The notes beneath the pieces are model-generated. The model saw nothing but the letters and a program-made list of their open reading frames with translations, searched no databases and had not been told where the DNA came from. Shown one piece after another: positions 25,417-28,286 of a DNA stretch of 28,286 nt (the stretch's first letter is position 1; each line of letters begins with the position of its first letter). Source of the DNA: a virus (lineage: Duplodnaviria > Caudoviricetes). The stretch spans positions 1 to 28,286 of the IMG/VR virus record IMGVR_UViG_3300037044_000003; one strand, 5' to 3'. Made by a program: the position numbers and the translations under genes.

Positions 25417-26122
25417 TGGTTTCACCTCGCTTTATGGGATACAGCGATTGCCAGCTGTTTCGTATGCTTTGGTTGATGACTTCAAGTCGGTTGTTTCCCT
25501 GCTTTGCTAATTTGTCGAGGTCACCGCAAATCAGCCTTTTCGCATAACTTGTTAGAGGTTTTCGAATTTTTTTCCTCATGTTTTCAAACTCTTTTAAAGC
25601 TTCAAGTAGTTCTTGATCACCTGCAGCATAAGATTTGAAGATTTCCTTATCTTCTTTTTCTGTTATTTCACTAACCTTAGTATTAGTATTTAATTCAATA
25701 ATAGAATCAGTAATAGGATCAGTAACATATACAGTAGCAAACGATACCGTATCGATACCGTATAGATACCGTATCAATTCCTTGCTTTTTACTCTATTAA
25801 GTGATTCTTCTATCGCTACTTTCACCTTAGGGGATTTGTTAATATTGTATTTGAACCAGTTAATGATACAGATTTCACTGGTCTTTGCAGAAAACTTCAC
25901 TTTATGATAATCGTTTTCGAATTTCTTGATCAGCTTCTCAATCGTTTCTCGATTGTACCCTGTTTCTACTTCTGCAATTTTAATTGGCAGTTCATAGATA
26001 CCACATATGTTGGTTTTAGGATTTGTAATCAGGTATAGGTAGAAATACTTTTCCTCTGGTGTTAAAGATGTTACAAATGGATCTTGCCAGAAGGAAGTAT
26101 ATACTTGGCGATAAGTTGCCAT
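25349..26122 (-). CDS. Phage replication initiator (replisome organiser)
   Basis: YRQV.TSFW.D...LTPEEKYFYLYL.TNP.T..CGIY winged-helix N-terminus; C-terminal RKK.RKPLT...QSI.N.WQ.LY; upstream of the loader; internal iterons. Confidence 0.88.
   Translation of the reverse strand: MATYRQVYTSFWQDPFVTSLTPEEKYFYLYLITNPKTNICGIYELPIKIAEVETGYNRETIEKLIKKFENDYHKVKFSAKTSEICIINWFKYNINKSPKVKVAIEESLNRVKSKELIRYLYGIDTVSFATVYVTDPITDSIIELNTNTKVSEITEKEDKEIFKSYAAGDQELLEALKEFENMRKKIRKPLTSYAKRLICGDLDKLAKQGNNRLEVINQSIRNSWQSLYPIKRGETNGTYQKSDEPTKPKYEINSTKL
25743..25774. repeat. Iterons: 3 x GATACCGTAT with 11-bp period (probable phage origin)
   Basis: Exact copies at 25743, 25754 and 25765, next to an AT-rich tract at about 25675-25740, inside the initiator gene. 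Confidence 0.8.
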
Positions 26123-26177
26123 TGTGTTTTAATACTCCTTTTCTTTACAAGCGCTCACAAGCGCTTTCTGTGTGTTC

Positions 26178-26696
26178 TTAATCTGTTTGCAGATAAACAC
26201 CTATCAAGTCATCGAACGGTCGGTCATAAAGCCTGGACATTGCTTGCAACTGCTGAGGAGTTGGCATGCATAGTCCGTTCTCTATTTTTGACAGCAAGCT
26301 TCCATCGAACCTGGAATCTATTTTCTTGAGTTCCAGTGTGACTTCTTCAGCTTTTATCTTCGCTTCTTGGCGCACCATCTTCAGCTGGTTAACCGTTGAC
26401 ACTTGTTGTTCGTGTATACCAAGTATCCGGTTAACCTTGCGAAGCGGCCGGAAGGTGTGCTTCCCTCGTCTTGTCACTTCTTCTTTAAATGCTCGGATAT
26501 CATCTCGTTCGTTCGAGCGATAGTAGCCGGCGCTGTGTGCGGTTGATACGATCACGTAATCATCACCGTTGTCTTGGCTGCGCAGCTGCTCGATGATCCG
26601 GCGAACTGATCTTGGCTTTTTACCCCAGAGTATACACAGCGTTTCTCTTAATATTGCATTTTCTTTACCGATCGGAATTGACTCGTAGTGGTTCAT
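26178..26696 (-). CDS. Double-HTH protein (N-terminal wHTH-like, C-terminal XRE-like)
   Basis: Start ATG 26696 overlaps the recombinase stop (ATGA); GKENAI.R..L.....R.VR..I..LR...GYY; LK..R......LSKIENG...P. Confidence 0.75.
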   Translation of the reverse strand: MNHYESIPIGKENAILRETLCILWGKKPRSVRRIIEQLRSQDNGDDYVIVSTAHSAGYYRSNERDDIRAFKEEVTRRGKHTFRPLRKVNRILGIHEQQVSTVNQLKMVRQEAKIKAEEVTLELKKIDSRFDGSLLSKIENGLCMPTPQQLQAMSRLYDRPFDDLIGVYLQTD

Positions 26697-27523
26697 TTTT
26701 TCACCCCTTTTATTTTCATTTGTTCGAGTTTTTTTCTCTTTTCTTCGTTGGTTGATCTGGTATAAATCCTGGTTGTTTCCAGCGAGCTGTGTCCGAGGAT
26801 GTCTGCCAGCTCTAGCGCATTGTTGTACTCTGCCATGAACTCTTTTGCGAATAGATGCCGGAAGCTGTGGGCATGTACTTTGTCTTTGTTTACCCTGGCT
26901 GTTCCTGCTATTTTCTTCAGCTTGCGCCATATCGCTACATCGCTTAGTCGGAATATCTGGCCGGACTTGATATTGTTATCTCTGCAATACTTGCGAAGTT
27001 CCCTAGCTAGATCCTGTGTGAGAATGATATCTCGGTCTTTCCCTTTGTTTCTTACGTGAATGTAGAATGACTTGATTCCATCTACTGTGAAGAACTTTAG
27101 TTCGCTGATCCGGATGCCGGTGGTTGCAATAGTCTTCATGATCGTGTAGATGTCATCGTAGCCGAGCTTCTTAGCAAACCGCAGCAACCGCTTGTAGTCG
27201 CTGTAGTTGATGATGTTTTCGATGCTATTCTTTTGCTGCATCTTCAGCTTCTTCACTTTCAGATCTTCTTTGCCACACCATTTCAGAAACTTGTTGACCG
27301 CCACTATGTATGAGTTGATGCTTCTTGGCATATACTGGCCGGCGCTTATCTGCTTCTTGAATTCAAGGACATCATCTTTGGTAATCTGATATTCGTGTCC
27401 GATGCTATCAAGAAACTTGATCACGTCAGTTCGATATTTCTTCAGCGTTCGTTCAGCTTTCTCTTGGTACTTCAGTTCTAGGATAAATTCATCCAGAGAT
27501 TGATACAGTTCGGTTTTTGTCAT
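26693..27523 (-). CDS. Tyrosine recombinase (XerC/D-sized, no arm-binding domain)
   Basis: TGIRISEL (R), NKGK (K), HAHSFRH (HxxR), LGH, TRIY (Y); SAM-like core-binding N-terminus; 276 aa. Confidence 0.93.
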   Translation of the reverse strand: MTKTELYQSLDEFILELKYQEKAERTLKKYRTDVIKFLDSIGHEYQITKDDVLEFKKQISAGQYMPRSINSYIVAVNKFLKWCGKEDLKVKKLKMQQKNSIENIINYSDYKRLLRFAKKLGYDDIYTIMKTIATTGIRISELKFFTVDGIKSFYIHVRNKGKDRDIILTQDLARELRKYCRDNNIKSGQIFRLSDVAIWRKLKKIAGTARVNKDKVHAHSFRHLFAKEFMAEYNNALELADILGHSSLETTRIYTRSTNEEKRKKLEQMKIKGVKK

Positions 27524-27638
27524 ACTGGATGCACCTCGACTTCATGTAGATTTCCGCTAGTTGAGAAGCTATTTCTTTCCAGTCGATTTTGGCTTCCGAT
27601 CGCTGAACTTTGATCTGCTTGCCACTTATCTTTTTCAC
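27489..27638 (-). CDS. Small hypothetical protein (49 aa)
   Basis: GTGA start/stop overlap with the upstream gene; MKKISGKQIKVQRSEAKIDWKEIASQLAEIYMKSRCIQYDKNRTVSISG. Confidence 0.45.
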   Translation of the reverse strand: MKKISGKQIKVQRSEAKIDWKEIASQLAEIYMKSRCIQYDKNRTVSISG

Positions 27639-27814
27639 TGTCGATCACCGCTTAATGCGATGTATCCGAACACCGCTGCGATTGCTAGTGCGATCAGTAT
27701 TTGCCGGATTGATGTTGCACCTTCGACCATTCCTACAGCAAGTATTAGCATTGCTATCGATACACCGATCATAGATTGTTTAGGTTTGTAATATTTTTTT
27801 CGTATTTTAATCAT
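27635..27814 (-). CDS. Small two-TM membrane protein
   Basis: Basic N-terminus and two hydrophobic segments; AAAGGTG RBS before ATG 27814. Confidence 0.65.
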   Translation of the reverse strand: MIKIRKKYYKPKQSMIGVSIAMLILAVGMVEGATSIRQILIALAIAAVFGYIALSGDRQ

Positions 27815-27830
27815 GAATATCACCTTTCGA

Positions 27831-27845
27831 TACGATATAATCGTA
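27831..27845. promoter_or_regulatory. Operator copy downstream of cro
   Basis: TACGAT-ATA-ATCGTA palindrome matching 28104-28118; both are followed by GTG. Confidence 0.7.
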
Positions 27846-27866
27846 GTGGTATCTTAAAAAAAAACA

Positions 27867-28064
27867 TCATTTCTTAAATGTCAAAGTACCCTTTGGGATC
27901 TCGAATAATTCTTCCATTTGCTCTACTTTATCCCATCCAGGCACTGTTTTTCCTGATTCCCAATTATGTATTGTAATCTTGGATACACTGAGTTTTTGTG
28001 CTACATCTTGTTGTGTCATTTTTGCATTGGTTCGAGCTGCTGCTAGTGTTAGTTTTAGGTTCAT
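27867..28064 (-). CDS. Cro-like XRE HTH regulator
   Basis: L.AAR.NA.MTQ..VA..L.VS..TI.NWE.GKT.P; first gene of the leftward operon; RBS supports ATG 28064. Confidence 0.88.
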   Translation of the reverse strand: MNLKLTLAAARTNAKMTQQDVAQKLSVSKITIHNWESGKTVPGWDKVEQMEELFEIPKGTLTFKK

Positions 28065-28096
28065 TGTTATCACCCCTCTTTCCATACTTTGCCATC

Positions 28097-28125
28097 ATTT
28101 TAATACGATTAAATCGTAGTGTCAA
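28097..28125 (-). promoter_or_regulatory. Lytic (cro) promoter with an operator in its spacer
   Basis: TTGACA (28125-28120), 17 bp, TAAAAT (28102-28097); the spacer contains TACGATTAAATCGTA. Confidence 0.85.
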
Positions 28126-28155
28126 CGATTAAATTATAATAATATGTACTAATAG

Positions 28156-28184
28156 TTGTATATTCTATAATTTAGTTATAAACT
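28156..28184 (+). promoter_or_regulatory. Lysogenic (cI) promoter
   Basis: TTGTAT, 17 bp, TAAACT; AGGAGG RBS at 28191. Confidence 0.65.
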
Positions 28185-28204
28185 ATTGGCAGGAGGTGTT
28201 AATC

Positions 28205-28286
28205 GTGGATAAAAGTTTACGAACTGTTTTTGTTAACAATTTCAGAGAAATTCTTAGTCGCAAAAAAATATCACAAAAGGATGTAG
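28205..28286 (+). CDS. CI-like repressor, N-terminus (truncated by the window edge)
   Basis: GTG start after AGGAGGTG; MDKSLRTVFVNNFREILSRKKISQKDV looks like the start of an XRE HTH; divergent from cro. Confidence 0.7.
   Translation, partial: MDKSLRTVFVNNFREILSRKKISQKDV

Noticed and set aside
26147-26165. ACAAGCGCT direct repeat upstream of the initiator gene
   Set aside because: Only two short copies with no further support.
26697-26930. N-terminal 78 aa of ORF 26178..26930
   Set aside because: Overlaps the recombinase catalytic region in another frame; ATG 26696 has an RBS and ATGA coupling.
1254-27791. Numerous + strand ORFs of 60-134 aa
   Set aside because: Antisense shadows of well-supported - strand genes with no motifs; only 20250..20930 has promoter, RBS and domain support.
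1-28286. tRNA/rRNA genes, IS elements, introns/inteins, att sites
   Set aside because: None recognisable; intergenic gaps are short, TerL, portal and capsid are uninterrupted and of normal size, and att cannot be defined without the other prophage end.

Overview
Near-complete temperate siphovirus (HK97-type head, long non-contractile tail) of a Gram-positive/Bacillota-type host, encoded almost entirely on the - strand. From right to left: the lysis/lysogeny switch (start of a CI-like gene on +, a divergent Cro-like gene, palindromic operators); a tyrosine recombinase coupled to a double-HTH gene; a replication initiator with internal iterons plus a DnaC-like loader; an ArpU/RinA-like regulator; a ParB-fused DNA methyltransferase followed by a phage SAM synthetase (MetK); small early genes including a convergent AT-rich DUF4145/HEPN moron and a MazG-like enzyme; packaging genes (HTH TerS-like gene, HNH-P-loop fusion, probable cos, P27 TerS, TerL); portal, protease and capsid; connectors; tail genes (MTP, frameshifted chaperones, tape measure, Dit, Tal-fibre, repeat fibre, putative adhesin); and lysis genes with a terminator. 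An AT-rich left flank starts an EcoRI-family adenine methyltransferase. The most interesting signals are a tail motif that appears split between the fibre C-terminus and three repeats on the next protein (possible 3:1 docking), apparent total absence of CCCG/CGGG alongside a MetK+MTase module, and an early-region tyrosine recombinase with a dif-like candidate site. All product calls come from motif recognition by eye; no database searches were run.
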